Assembly (NCBI GenBank): GCA_964187785.1 | Contig: OZ076409.1 | Location: 9,612,001-9,676,000 of the forward strand | Direction of reading: 5' to 3' | Length of the DNA stretch: 64,000 nt | DNA from: Amphiscolops sp. MND2022 | Taxonomy: Eukaryota | Shown: positions 1-10,992 of the stretch, one piece after another | Position numbering within the stretch: the first letter of the stretch is position 1 | Layout of the letters: each line of letters starts with the position of its first letter | Program-made: the position numbers and the translations under genes | The notes under the pieces: model-generated | Databases searched by the model: none | Told to the model about the DNA's origin: nothing | The model's input: only the letters and a program-made list of their open reading frames with translations

Positions 1-416
1 TGACTGGTGAGCCGCCTGGTATCGCTGTTCAGCTAGCGCGGTGTATTTGCACTAATCGCTGATTGGTCCGATGAAAATGGAATGATATTATTCTGCTAAA
101 GCTCCGTTGTTATTGTAGCGGTAAATTGATTAGCGTGCTGGCCGAGTTAATTTCGGTCGGTATGCTGTTCGTTTTACTGTAAACAAATTGCACTGAAAGC
201 ACTTTAATATTATTTAAGTATTTACATATTTATGTATTTTAGGTACTGCGCTGAATTAACAATGTTTGTTGGATGGTTTAATAGGATTGTTTGTTAATCG
301 TTTCTTTCAGGTTCAGTGATGTTCTTATTCGGTCCTTTTCTGGGTGATTTCTCCATTCCCTTCCTTTGGCGTTCTCCCTGTATTCAGTATTTCGCTGCTC
401 TCTGAGGGCTGCGACA
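1..416 (-). repeat. Visible part (U3 end) of the Gypsy-A 3' LTR
   Basis: Matches 13667-14082. Begins TGTCGCAG on the minus strand directly after a purine tract. Confidence 0.95.
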
Positions 417-957
417 GTCCCCCGCTTTGGTGAGGGACGTCCACTATGGGAGGTAATGGAGAAATTGGCCTGAAAGGTGACGATATTGGCGGATGAAATA
501 CAGATTGTATCATTGAATCGTAGGATAGCCAGGATGAGTCAGTTGTCCAGTCACTGCCCGAGAAAAAACCAATTGAGCTGGTATCAGATATTGGGCTCAT
601 TGTCCCGTCGTTGGGACTGTATAACCAGCTGTTCATGTTGTCGTAATTTCTCGGTGGGCTCATGAATATGTCATCTGGTATAATCGGGTTGACGTTGGTA
701 AATCTTCTGACGGGGAGTGTATCCTCTTGTGCCGTGGAGAGTATTGAAGATGGGGCTGTTTCGTGATAAAGTACGATGTGTTCTCCCCCAGTGTTTATAA
801 TTTCATAAACATCTTGGATAATGGGTGATTGTTCCGCCGCGTGGGGGTTATACAGTGTCTTGGGTGTTGATTGCGCCGCTGGGTTTTTCAAGTAAGCAGC
901 TTGGTCGCGTTCCAAAATAAAACTATCGTTGGATAAATTGAAATCAAAAGATGCCAT
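325..957 (-). CDS. Accessory sense ORF (210 aa, Ser/Pro-rich) reading through the PPT into the 3' LTR
   Basis: ATG-initiated open frame inside the element. No recognisable domain. Confidence 0.5.
   Translation of the reverse strand: MASFDFNLSNDSFILERDQAAYLKNPAAQSTPKTLYNPHAAEQSPIIQDVYEIINTGGEHIVLYHETAPSSILSTAQEDTLPVRRFTNVNPIIPDDIFMSPPRNYDNMNSWLYSPNDGTMSPISDTSSIGFFSGSDWTTDSSWLSYDSMIQSVFHPPISSPFRPISPLPPIVDVPHQSGGLSQPSESSEILNTGRTPKEGNGEITQKRTE
417..428 (-). promoter_or_regulatory. Polypurine tract of Gypsy-A
   Basis: Minus strand AAAGCGGGGGAC abuts the TG start of the 3' LTR. Confidence 0.75.
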
Positions 958-1237
958 TGTATTACTGATGCGAGTAATCGGTTAATGTAATAAGGATGCT
1001 GATTGCGAATGAATGCTGAGCGACCGTCTCAGGAATAGCTGAATAATTGAATGATAATTATATTCTTTAGAGTTGTTCACGCCGCTTGCGTAGTTGGGAA
1101 AGTTTTCAGCTGGCAGACTGATTGACTTCCATTACGTCATATTAATAGATTATGATAATAATATTAGCGTTGGTTTTACGCAACGTCTTCGACTTTTGGT
1201 ATCAGGTTTGAGTTTATTTCAGATTTGAGTGTTTATT

Positions 1238-4200
1238 ATGTCGCATTCGACTGATGAAGATGACCAGCGGATTTTGCGGTCTGGAAAAATTGGAGTTGTG
1301 GAGAGCGAGGGAGAAGGTATTTTGCTACATGAGGCAGGTCAAGAGAGTCATGAGGGAGAGAGTGAAATGACGGGCGTTCTGCTGCAAGAGGCAGGTCAAG
1401 AAAGTCATGAGGAAGAAAGTGCTGCTGAGTCCCGATTGGTTATTGCTGAGTCAAGTGGTGAAGAAGAAGTTATGGAGTCGTTGGCTGGGTTGGAGTCCCA
1501 GTGTGCTAAACGTGGTAGTGGGTTCGGGGAGATTGATAATGATGACTGTTCCGATGACACGGGTTCTGAGAGTGCAAGTAACAATGGCAGTTCGGATAGT
1601 GACGATGCTGGTTCGATGCACTCGACAGGAAGTGATGCACGCCACAATTTGGACTATTTATGTGATTTAGAGGGTAAGTTGCTTAGCGAAATGTTAGTGG
1701 CCAGCTAACTTTTCATGCTAGTATGCAGACGCGTCATTTCATCCACCTTTCTTGCTGTTTTAGGATTGTCCGACGATTCTCGTGATGATGATTATGTCCC
1801 TGGGTCTCACTCTGCTGTGGCATCTGTTAGTGGTGCTAGTCCATCTGAGCAAGGCCGTTGGTCTCAATCTGGAGGGTGTGCTGGGATGACCACTAGATCA
1901 GCGGCGTCGCCTATTGCAGGTTTTGAAGGTGGGTATTTCTTTCTTCCTCTAGCATTATATAAATACCTTGGCTGTGCTCGTTCGAATGATTGTTTCTGCT
2001 TATTGATGGGTACGAGCTGATTTCAGTTGGTTCTTCTTAAGTCCATGGAGAATCTTCTATGGGAGTGGATTCGTCGTCTTCCGATGCAATGGTTGTTCCC
2101 ACTGTGGCCGAAGAGGCTGTGTCGAGTGGTGGTGGTGATGCGGGTTTCCGACCAAAGCGTGAGCGTACACAGCATTCACGACCAGTAGAGGGGTTGGAGC
2201 GGTCGGTCATCCACAATGAGTGGGCAAAAGGTTATTATCGTCTTCAATTATCCGTATCGTGTGTCTTTTGGTTGGTGCCTTATTGTGGGGGGGGGCGTCG
2301 TGTTTGTGCGTTGATTGTTCTTATGAATTCATTGTCTTTTAGCTGGACTAAAGGATGTGCCGGAGGGAGCGGTGTGCTTATCTGCTTCGCAAGTGTTGGC
2401 TTTCGGCCAGGCAGCTGTTCGCTTGGAGCGAACTCATAGTCGAGCAGAAGGACGTTCTCTTTCTCGTCGTAAGTTGTATATGCCTGTTGTTTGCTTGTTC
2501 GCAGTTGTGTCATGATCCCACCTATAGATGTTTAGGGGTACCATATGTCTTCAGGGTTGTCTGGGGGTGGGTTTATGTCGAAGTAGTGTTATCGGGATGT
2601 AATTATCTCTTTGTGTTGTAGAGTTGGACAAAATCATGCAGCTTCTCAAACAGAAGGGGATTCAGTTGGATCGGGCTCTTGGTCATTTGGACGCTGAGGA
2701 GGTGACTAAGAGCAGACTGCTTGCCAAATACGAGAGAAGGAAGAAACGGCAGACCGAGCGTCAGGTTCTTCGAAGAAGCATGGCAATTCACCCTATTTCT
2801 CGTCTGTTCGTTAGCCAGAGGGCGGACAAGAATCCAAACGGGTTCAACTGTGCCATATGTCGGAAGGACATTTCATTTTTGTGGCGGGGTGAACTCGAGA
2901 TCTGGCGGCACTTTGACTGTAAAACTCATTTTGCCAAAGATCAGCGTTATCGTCTCGATCATGAGGATACCGTGTATACCGCCGGGTTTGATGAGATTGC
3001 TGTTGCCACTATTCCTCCTGAGTTGCGTGCAGAAATTGAAAAGACGCCGCCAGTAGTCCTTGGTAAGAAAAATGCCTTCGTGGAGGATGAAGTGGATGCT
3101 CTCGTTGGAGTAGTCTCGAACGTTCCCTCTTCGACGCTTGTGGGTGGTCGGTTTGAGTTGTTGCGGAGCGGGGGATCTCACAGCTTCCTTAGAAGACTCT
3201 GGAGCCAGTTCAGGACAACGATTCCAGTTGAGACTAGCTATGCCCAGGCCACCTGGAGTAAGACTGAATCGTTTGTGGTATTGAGTCAGACTCTGTATCC
3301 GTGTATTCTACGTCGAGTTCAATCTGGCTGCAACAACTCCGAATTCAGTTTGACATTTCGCGAGGATGACACTGGGTTGCGCTGTTTCGTCTGTTTCTTT
3401 GCTGATGATATTATCCGTGAAGTATGTGTTCTCTGGGAGGAGTCTTCTGCGGGTTTGTGTGATGCTGAGATCAAGTGTTTGTCTCGAATTCTTGCCGTTC
3501 TTCCTGCTGGGCAGTCTCCTGTTGCAGTTCGTGGTTGTTCCTCCACATTATTCAATGTCTTCTCGAGCTGGTGCAAAACTGGAAGTCGTCCTGTGCCGTT
3601 GCCTGTCTTGGAGTATACGTCTGACACGTTCCGGGATCATGTTCGGGAAGCTGGGCTGGTTGGAACAAATTTGCTGGATCCTTTTGCCATATTGGATTAT
3701 TTGTTATTGCGCTTGGTTAAAGCTGTTCGTCAACCATGGCTGATGGGTTTATCTGAGTTTCACAGGTGCGTTCGCCAGCGTCAAGTTCCTTTTGCTTCTT
3801 TGTGCGCCGTTATTTCCGAGTTGATCCATCATTGGGACGACGTGAGGTTGTTCCTGAAGGAGACTGGGACTGTGATGCCTCCCAAAAGTAAACCTCCTCT
3901 TGACATAGCGCAGATGATACTTGCGGATACTCTGGTTTTGCCTCGGCTGAGTGTCCTGCATGTGCTCGTATCCTGTTTCCAGGCCAGCTTTGAGAAGCAG
4001 TTTGCAACTGAAGTCACCGATTACACGTGCCGTAATTATGCTGATTTCTGTTATTTTTATTGGGCGTTGCTTGGGAAAGTGAAGAAGTTGAGTGCGTTGC
4101 CTGAGATTGAAGCATGGAGCCAGTATATCGGTCTACCTTTGACGACATGGGCCAACATTGCATATACGGAGTGTCTTCGAGGTGAGCCCCTTGTGACTGT

Positions 4201-5221
4201 GGCTTTGTCGTCCTGCAGTGATGCTTTCCGGCGCACTTTCCTTCGTGAGTGTCAGGGTTTCCTGTTGGAATTCCTGAAGGTGCTCAATCAGTCTGCTTAT
4301 GCGAAGTCGGGTTTGGCATCTAGTCTGAGTTGCTTCTCTCCAGATATGATGTTACTGGGCGATGAGTCATATGCTGTTGTTCTGTTCAAGGATCTGACCA
4401 CCTATTTTTTGGACTGTGGGCGACTAACCTCGTTGGATTGCGAGGCGGCTGCTAACGAGTTTAAATCTTTGCTCATTGAATTGCGCCGTTGGAACAAACG
4501 GGTGGTTTCTTCTATCACCAACAGTTTCATTTTCTTGCGTGATTCCGGGCTACTGGATTGTCGTCTGAATTTGGATCGGGTTGTGCAGTTAGCTGCTATG
4601 GCTGTGGTTCCGCGTGAGGTCTGTTATCCTGTCGTCGACATGTCACTGAGTGGATCCAAGGTTCCGAAGAAGGTGCTCTTGTCCTCGATCTTCGCTTGTC
4701 AGTCGTATGTTTCATTCGATAAATTCGTTTCCGGAGAATTGTTGACAAAGGATTGTCTTGAGGAATTGAAGTACAACTTGCCAAACGGGAAGAATTTTAT
4801 GGATAACGCGTCTTTCTCACCGTGGGGTAATTTGTATATGCATGCCCGAGGTGACCTCTATCGCGAATTGCGTGATGCATTTGATTCATATTATCTGGCC
4901 CAGGTGGCAGACTGGCGCCGGCGAGCTGGTCTGGGTTTGTACTCTGCGTCCTCGTCTCCGGACAAGTTACAGCCTGTGTTGGATTCTCAACAAGTGGATG
5001 CCGTAGTTGGGCCTTCTTCCGGGAAGAGTTCTAAGGTTCCGTCAGTTGTCGCTATCCCACCAACAAAGATGTCTACTGTGTCAGTTTCGCAGTCCTGTGG
5101 GTCCAGCAGTGTAGCGGAAAAGGTGAGGGAGAAGAAGAACCAGCGTCTTGGGAGTGTGCCCAGTTGTTCATCCAGTAAAGAAGCTTCCGGTGTGTCCAGG
5201 AAGCGTAATTCCCAGAATTGA
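1238..5221 (+). CDS. Antisense 5-exon accessory gene of Gypsy-A (~1170 aa); zinc-finger protein, probably hAT-transposase-derived
   Basis: Predicted exons are 1238-1673, 1764-1928, 2042-2230 (alternative acceptor 2027), 2343-2468 and 2622-5221. Four phase-1 GT-AG introns join them in frame. The last exon is the 865-codon ORF with CAIC-x16-H-x5-H. Confidence 0.8.
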
Positions 5222-5668
5222 GTCGTGTGTTCGGCTTGTTGCAGATATACTTGATCGGACTTTAGTCTTTGTTTGTATTAGCAGTTTATATTTTATAGCT
5301 GATTATTGTGTATTTTGTGGCTGGCCCACGTGGTCTGATTGTGTTGTATTTGGCATTTAATGGAGAGGATAGAGAATAGAAGAAAGAAAAGAAAATTGCA
5401 TCGCCATTGTTAGAAAATGAGAGAATTGGTGTGGCGAGTTCTGGCATGAAAAGAGGGATGTCAGTTGGGGGTTTTCGATAATTCACTCTTCTGCTCCTCG
5501 AATTCGTTTTCTGTTGAGTTTGTAGATGAGTAGTAGGGATTTGAGTCAGTCGTAGGCTATCAGTTGCGTAAGTAGAGTATGTACCGTACAAATATTTCAT
5601 GAATTCGTTTTGAGAGTTTATTCGTTTGAGCTAATTACCACTGGGTCGTAGTAAGCGTAATCTCTTTT

Positions 5669-8600
5669 TCAATTTGAAGGGGGATTGCTACGAAGGTTGT
5701 ATTTTCCTTTCCGGGGGGAACTAGGTTCTGGGTTAGGGCCGGGTTCGGGTTGGGTTTCCGGTTGATCGGAATGGTTTTCTGGAAGGGCGTCTGGGTCAGC
5801 GTCCTGGGTACTCATTTGTAGGTTGTCTTCGATGACTTTAGATATGATAGTAGGTTCGCTATGCGTATTGTGTTCGGGTGTCATCACGAAGTGTTCAAAA
5901 CCAGACTGCCATGCTAGGGCGTATAAATCATCGTGTAAGATTTCGACTTCGTTATGTGGTTGGAAATCCTTTGTTTGAACCTGGATGTCTGGCAGGCGGC
6001 CTTTGGTAGGGCATGGTTTCAGTCGGATCCTGTGTAGGATTTGTGTTTTGTTTGTTTGTAATTTGCGAATTAGGTAGTTATTGTTGGGGAGAGTTTTGAC
6101 TATTACGAATGGTCCTGTCCATAAGAACTCCCGGAAAGGTAATTTCGATCCCTGAGTGTTTGCCTGGGGGTGTAATGCGTAACAGTAATCGTTTGTTACT
6201 AGTGGGTGGGCTGCTGCTTTCTTGTCATAGTACTGTTTGTACCGTATGTATGAGTGGAGGAGGTGTTTACTCACTGATTCGTGTATCATTCGGGTCTTTT
6301 GGACGACTTCTTCGCCTATGTCTGTTGTTGGATTTGGTTGCTGGTTCTGTTTAAGGCCAAATTTGAGGTCGAGAACATTATATGGTATTCTACCATGAAA
6401 CACCCGGCTGGGTTCGCAGCCAATTGCCGAATGATACGTTGTGTTATAATTTAGCGTGGCTATTGGTACAAATTGGTGCCACATTGTTCGTCTTTCTCCC
6501 GTTGAGATTTTCAGAGCTTCTTTGAGGGATGCGTGGCAACGTTCCAGGATGCCTATCGTTTGGGCGTGCTTTGTTGTGGCGTGACGTAGTTGGATACCCA
6601 GTACACGTGTGGTGTCTGCTACTACTTCTGACATGAATTGTGTTCCTTTGTCGGTTATTATTGTTGTAGGTAGGTAGGCATGCCGTGTCATAATGTCTAC
6701 CAGTACTCTCGCGATTGTCTTTGCGTCTATTTTGGTGACGCAGTATGTGAACAGGTAGCGTGAGAATATGTCCATGGCTGTGACTATCGCTGTGAATCCG
6801 TTCGATGGTTCATCAAACGGGACGATGTCCATTTGTAGGGCGTCTTCTGGTCCCAATGCCAGTTTGGATGTATCAATCATTGGTGGGGTGAGGAGACGGT
6901 TGTCCGTCCGTTTTGTTTGCATGCATTTCATGCATTGATTGATGTGTTTGGCTATTTTTGCTGCAAGATCTGGGTAATAATATTTTTCTATACACTGTTG
7001 TATCACCTTTGTTATCCCAGGATGTTTGTCGTGCGATCCGTGGTGGGCCTCTATAAATGAGTCGACTAGTTGTTCTGGTAGTAAGACCTGCAAGTATTTG
7101 ACTGCCCCGGTCTCTCCGAAATACTGCCGGTATAGCAGTCCGTCTTTGAGTATGATCCAGGATTCTTGGGCGGTGTATTGGAGTGCTCTGTGGTCTGTAG
7201 CCATTAGGTGTTCATCGTATGGTTCTTTGAGTAGGCGTAATTTATAATTTCGGAGGACTTTGTCTCGGTCCTGTTGGTGTCTCATGTCACGGGGGAGGGG
7301 TTTTTCGTTCTCTTCAGAGTTTTGTGTGCGTCTGGTTATTTCCGTTTGAAATACGACAGTGGCTTCTTCAGCGTGGGTTGTGTTGTTGTTTGTTTCTTCT
7401 CCTGGCGTTTGTGTGGTGTCGTTCTCCTGTATCTTTTTGCGGGCTCTCTGCTTCCTCTCCCAAATTTGCTCCTCTGTTTCGATGTCGTCTTCGGGGAGGA
7501 AGTAGAATTGTTCTTCTTCGGCTACGTTGGAAGACTGAATGTGCACCTCTATTGGGGTAGTTTGAATGTCGTCTCTTATGAGTAGTTGGACTTTCTCTTT
7601 TGGATCTAGGTCGAGTCGTGAGAGGAAGTCTGCGGCAGTATTCATCCTTCCCGGAACGTGGGCGATTGTGAAATTAAACTGTAGGACGAAATGGCAGGCG
7701 TTCCACAACGCTGGTGGTATTATTTTGGTCTGGAAAAATCGTGTAACAGATTTGTTGTCTGTTAGGACGATGACCGGTTTGGTCGATCCCCACAAGATGT
7801 GGCTGTATTCCATGAAGGCAAAATATATAGCCAGGAATTCCTTGGCATATATCGACATTTTGATTTGTGACGGCGAGAATGTTTTGGATCCAAACGCAAC
7901 TGGTGCGTATGTCTTTTTGACCGAGGTCAGCTTTTCATCTGCGTTTTCTTCGATCATGAGGGCGTAGCCGGCATTCTTGAAGTTCGCGTCGGTCATGAGG
8001 ACATATTGCTTGTTGGGTAAGGGTTGTTTCAGCCATAGTCCACAGGCATTGTCTAGGGCTTTGTTGATGTTTTCGAATGTCTGCATGATCTCGTTTGTGA
8101 TCTTGATTGGTTTGTCTGCCTTGACTAACTCGTGGAATGGTGCGATTTTTTCAGAAAGGCGAGGTATGTAGTTTCGATAATAGTTAACGAAGCCGATGTA
8201 TCTCTGTAGGCCCTTTTTGGTTTTCGGGAACGACAGTTTTTGTAGGTAGTTTTTAATCTTGTGAGGTTTTGGGGCAATGCCTTCGGGTGAGACTGTTCGT
8301 CCAAGGAATTCGACTTCCTTGGCACCGAACTGACATTTAGCCATTGTCAGACGCAGACTTGCTTCCCTAATGCACTGGAAGACCTCACGCAGGTTGTTCT
8401 TCAGCTCCTCGGTAGTATGGGTAGCTATCCCGATGTCGTCAACGTACTGGGCACACTTGTCAGCTTTTATGACTCGATCGAGGTACTCCCGCATAAAGCT
8501 CGAGAAGGAAGAGAGGGATCTGCTGAGCCCTTGTGCGAGTCGCAGGTAGGCGAATGTCCGACTGGCAAAGTTGAACGCCAGGAGTTCCACTGATTTCTGG

Positions 8601-9525
8601 TCCGCCATTTGCAGGACATGGTAGGCTTGCGAGCAGTCAAGCTTGCAGAACAGTTTCTTTCCGGCTAGGTGCTGCGCGGCGTCCGAGAGGGTGCTCACCG
8701 GGTGGTTGTTGTTTATATAGTCGTCAGAGATGAGGTTGTTAATCTTTCTCAGATCAACAAGAAGGCGAAGACGTCCGTTAGCTTTTCTTTGCGCAAAAAT
8801 TGGGCTTGCGTACTTACTGAAGGGGAGTGTCGTAATGATGCCGTAATAGTGCATCAGTGCTAACTCAACTGTCAAATCCTCCTTCAAGTTGACTGGGCAT
8901 GGTAAACTTTGTGTGTATGCAGGTTGGTCTGATTTGGGGGTGAGTTTTATTTTGAAGTCGTTGTTGATTCCAATGTCGAGGCAGTGCCTTGCAAAGATGT
9001 CGTTGTATTCGACAAGAATCTCTTCTATGGCTTTCTTATCTTCGTCGCCGAGTTGGGAATCAGTCCACTTGAAGTTGGCTAAGAATGTGGCTCTATCTTC
9101 GGGGCTGTTGTGTGGGTTGAGTTTCTGGATGTTTTCCAGTTCTTCTATCTTTCTGAGGATTCTGCTTTGGATGGGAGTGTGTGTTGATGGGTCTCCTGGG
9201 TTATCTAGTGTGGGGAACCAGAAATTCTGTGTTGTTTGGGGTTTTTCGGACGATTTCAGGAGTTCATTGACGTATTCGAGAGCCTGTTCCGTATTGTCTT
9301 CTGCTAAGACCTTGAGGGCTGCCGAATTGAGTGGATGAAGTTGTTTAGCTTCCTGGGGTGACAGTATAGTGAATTCTGCGACGTTTGCGTTCTTTTTGAG
9401 GGTGAAAGGGTTTGGTGATGTGTTGGTGACCCGTATTTCGATTTTTGAGTTTGAGACCGTGGATAGAGAGCTGGCCACTACTAGTTGGTGTTCTCCTGAG
9501 TATTGTTCAGTGGGGTGGATAACTC
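5669..9525 (-). CDS. pol: Gypsy-A pol: reverse transcriptase, RNase H, integrase
   Basis: RT motifs YASPIF, LRLLVDLRKIN, KLDCSQAYH, YVDD. RNase H motifs LMTDAN, EFLAI, VLTDNK, ADFLSR. Integrase HHCC (H..HPG..CMKC), QMDIV / TDKGTQF / ERCH, and WTGPF (GPY/F). Confidence 0.97.
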
Positions 9526-10992
9526 TGTGGTGTTTGTTATGGTACGCAGGTTAATGCCCGCTTCAATTGTTATGCATTGGTCGGGCATGATGGTGAGTTG
9601 GTTTTTGATGGTCCCCTTGTGGTGTCTTGACACTCTTTCGTTGTCTTCTGCAGCGATTGCGTAGGTCAGGTGTGGGAAGTGCAGCAGGGCCTGGCTTACG
9701 TCTAGGATGGCGCTGTTATTCTTCAGGAATGATAGCCCAAGGATAGGACCTGTCATCTTTGTAGCTACAATAAATGTCTCTTTAAACGTCCAATCCCCTA
9801 ATTCGAATTGGAGTTGGACGGTTTTCGTTGGTGTTTCTATGTCGCCGTTTGCGACCTGTAGCTTGAAGGCGGGTGGGTCCATTTCTTTGAGTATGTTGTC
9901 TGGGCTGACTGTTTTGATTTTCTGGTACTCACTTTCTGGTAGGCAGTTGACTAGTGCTCCTGAATCAACTAGTGCGTCTACTGATAGATTGTTGAAATCC
10001 ATTGGGGCGAAAAGCATCTTCCGCTTCTTTTTCAGGTTGATGGCTGAGAAAATTGGTATGCATTTCTCGCTTGTGTCTGGATCTGTGATAACGATTTCGT
10101 TTAGTTGTTTGTTGGTGTGGATCCAGTCTTCGTCTTGTTCTGGGATGTGTAGTTGTCTGGTTGGGCTCTGCGTGCCGGTAGGTGATCCGTCTATCACTGG
10201 GTTAGTTTTTGCCCTTTGGTTGAATTCGTTGGTGAGTGTTCGTTTCACACGGCGGGTTCGGGGTTTTGCTGTTAATGTGGTTGCCTCTGTGGGGTCCCCT
10301 GCTTCTTTTTTGTTGGCTGAGTATTCGTGGGTAGAATATTGGTGTTCAGGGCTCTGTGGACTAGAGGGGGACGACGTCATAGCTGCCCGTATTTCGTTGG
10401 AGGTGGCTGGGAGTTTCTTGGGTGACTCATGGTCAACCGGTGGTGGCTGGTTCTTATGTTTGAGTATCGACTTAAGGGAAGTGGTTGGTGGCGTTACGAT
10501 CACTGTAATTTCTGTGTCGTGTTCTTCTTCAGCCTGTAGTTCGGGAGTATGACTTGTGTCGTCCTTCCTCTTTTGGGTTGTCGAAATGTCCATGTTGGTT
10601 CTGGTTATGAATTCATGAAACGGTACGTTGATGGATTGTTTGGAGACAAGTTTTTCGGTGTCGTATAGGGTTTCGTTGTAGTACGGGTCACAATGAAAGT
10701 CTGGGTCATAGATGTAAGTTTCGGGTGTGGAGCTTGGGAGTAGTGGTCTACGGGTGGAGTTGTAGTGGGTAGGGTTTTGGGTGTACCAGTCGGGGTAGGG
10801 GAGTTTGTCAAGGGTGTTCTTGTTAAATTTAATGAGACGCCGGATGAGCCATCGTTGCTGCCAGTCGATCGATGATTCTCCAGAGCATTCCATAAACAAT
10901 TCTTTATCGAAGTCCTTCGGGGGTTCAGAGATGGTATAGTATCTGAAATCGGTGTAGTCCCCGAAGCGAAGACGTGGCTTTAATAGTTTTTT
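9481..10992 (-). CDS. Gypsy-A pro region: long low-complexity spacer plus aspartic protease; separated from the RT frame by an apparent 1-nt deletion near 9525
   Basis: Retropepsin motifs ALVDSGA and ILGLSFL. The frame is open from the gag slippery site. Adding one G at ~9525 gives continuous ...NTTGVIHPTEQYSGEHQLVVASSL. Confidence 0.88.
   Translation of the reverse strand, partial: KKLLKPRLRFGDYTDFRYYTISEPPKDFDKELFMECSGESSIDWQQRWLIRRLIKFNKNTLDKLPYPDWYTQNPTHYNSTRRPLLPSSTPETYIYDPDFHCDPYYNETLYDTEKLVSKQSINVPFHEFITRTNMDISTTQKRKDDTSHTPELQAEEEHDTEITVIVTPPTTSLKSILKHKNQPPPVDHESPKKLPATSNEIRAAMTSSPSSPQSPEHQYSTHEYSANKKEAGDPTEATTLTAKPRTRRVKRTLTNEFNQRAKTNPVIDGSPTGTQSPTRQLHIPEQDEDWIHTNKQLNEIVITDPDTSEKCIPIFSAINLKKKRKMLFAPMDFNNLSVDALVDSGALVNCLPESEYQKIKTVSPDNILKEMDPPAFKLQVANGDIETPTKTVQLQFELGDWTFKETFIVATKMTGPILGLSFLKNNSAILDVSQALLHFPHLTYAIAAEDNERVSRHHKGTIKNQLTIMPDQCITIEAGINLRTITNTTELSTPLNNTQENTN

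Noticed and set aside
2624..5221. 865-aa ORF as a retroviral env
   Set aside because: It is antisense to gag-pol. It has no signal peptide or TM anchor, and it has an NLS-like patch and a zinc finger.
1238..5221. Antisense gene as an independent hAT transposon nested in Gypsy-A
   Set aside because: I found no TIR pair or 8-bp TSD around it and no catalytic DDE. A diverged homolog occupies the same position and orientation in Gypsy-B. This is not formally excluded without a genome-wide search.
9481..9530. Programmed second frameshift between protease and RT
   Set aside because: There is no slippery heptamer. A single missing G explains it, so it is more likely a mutation or sequencing error.
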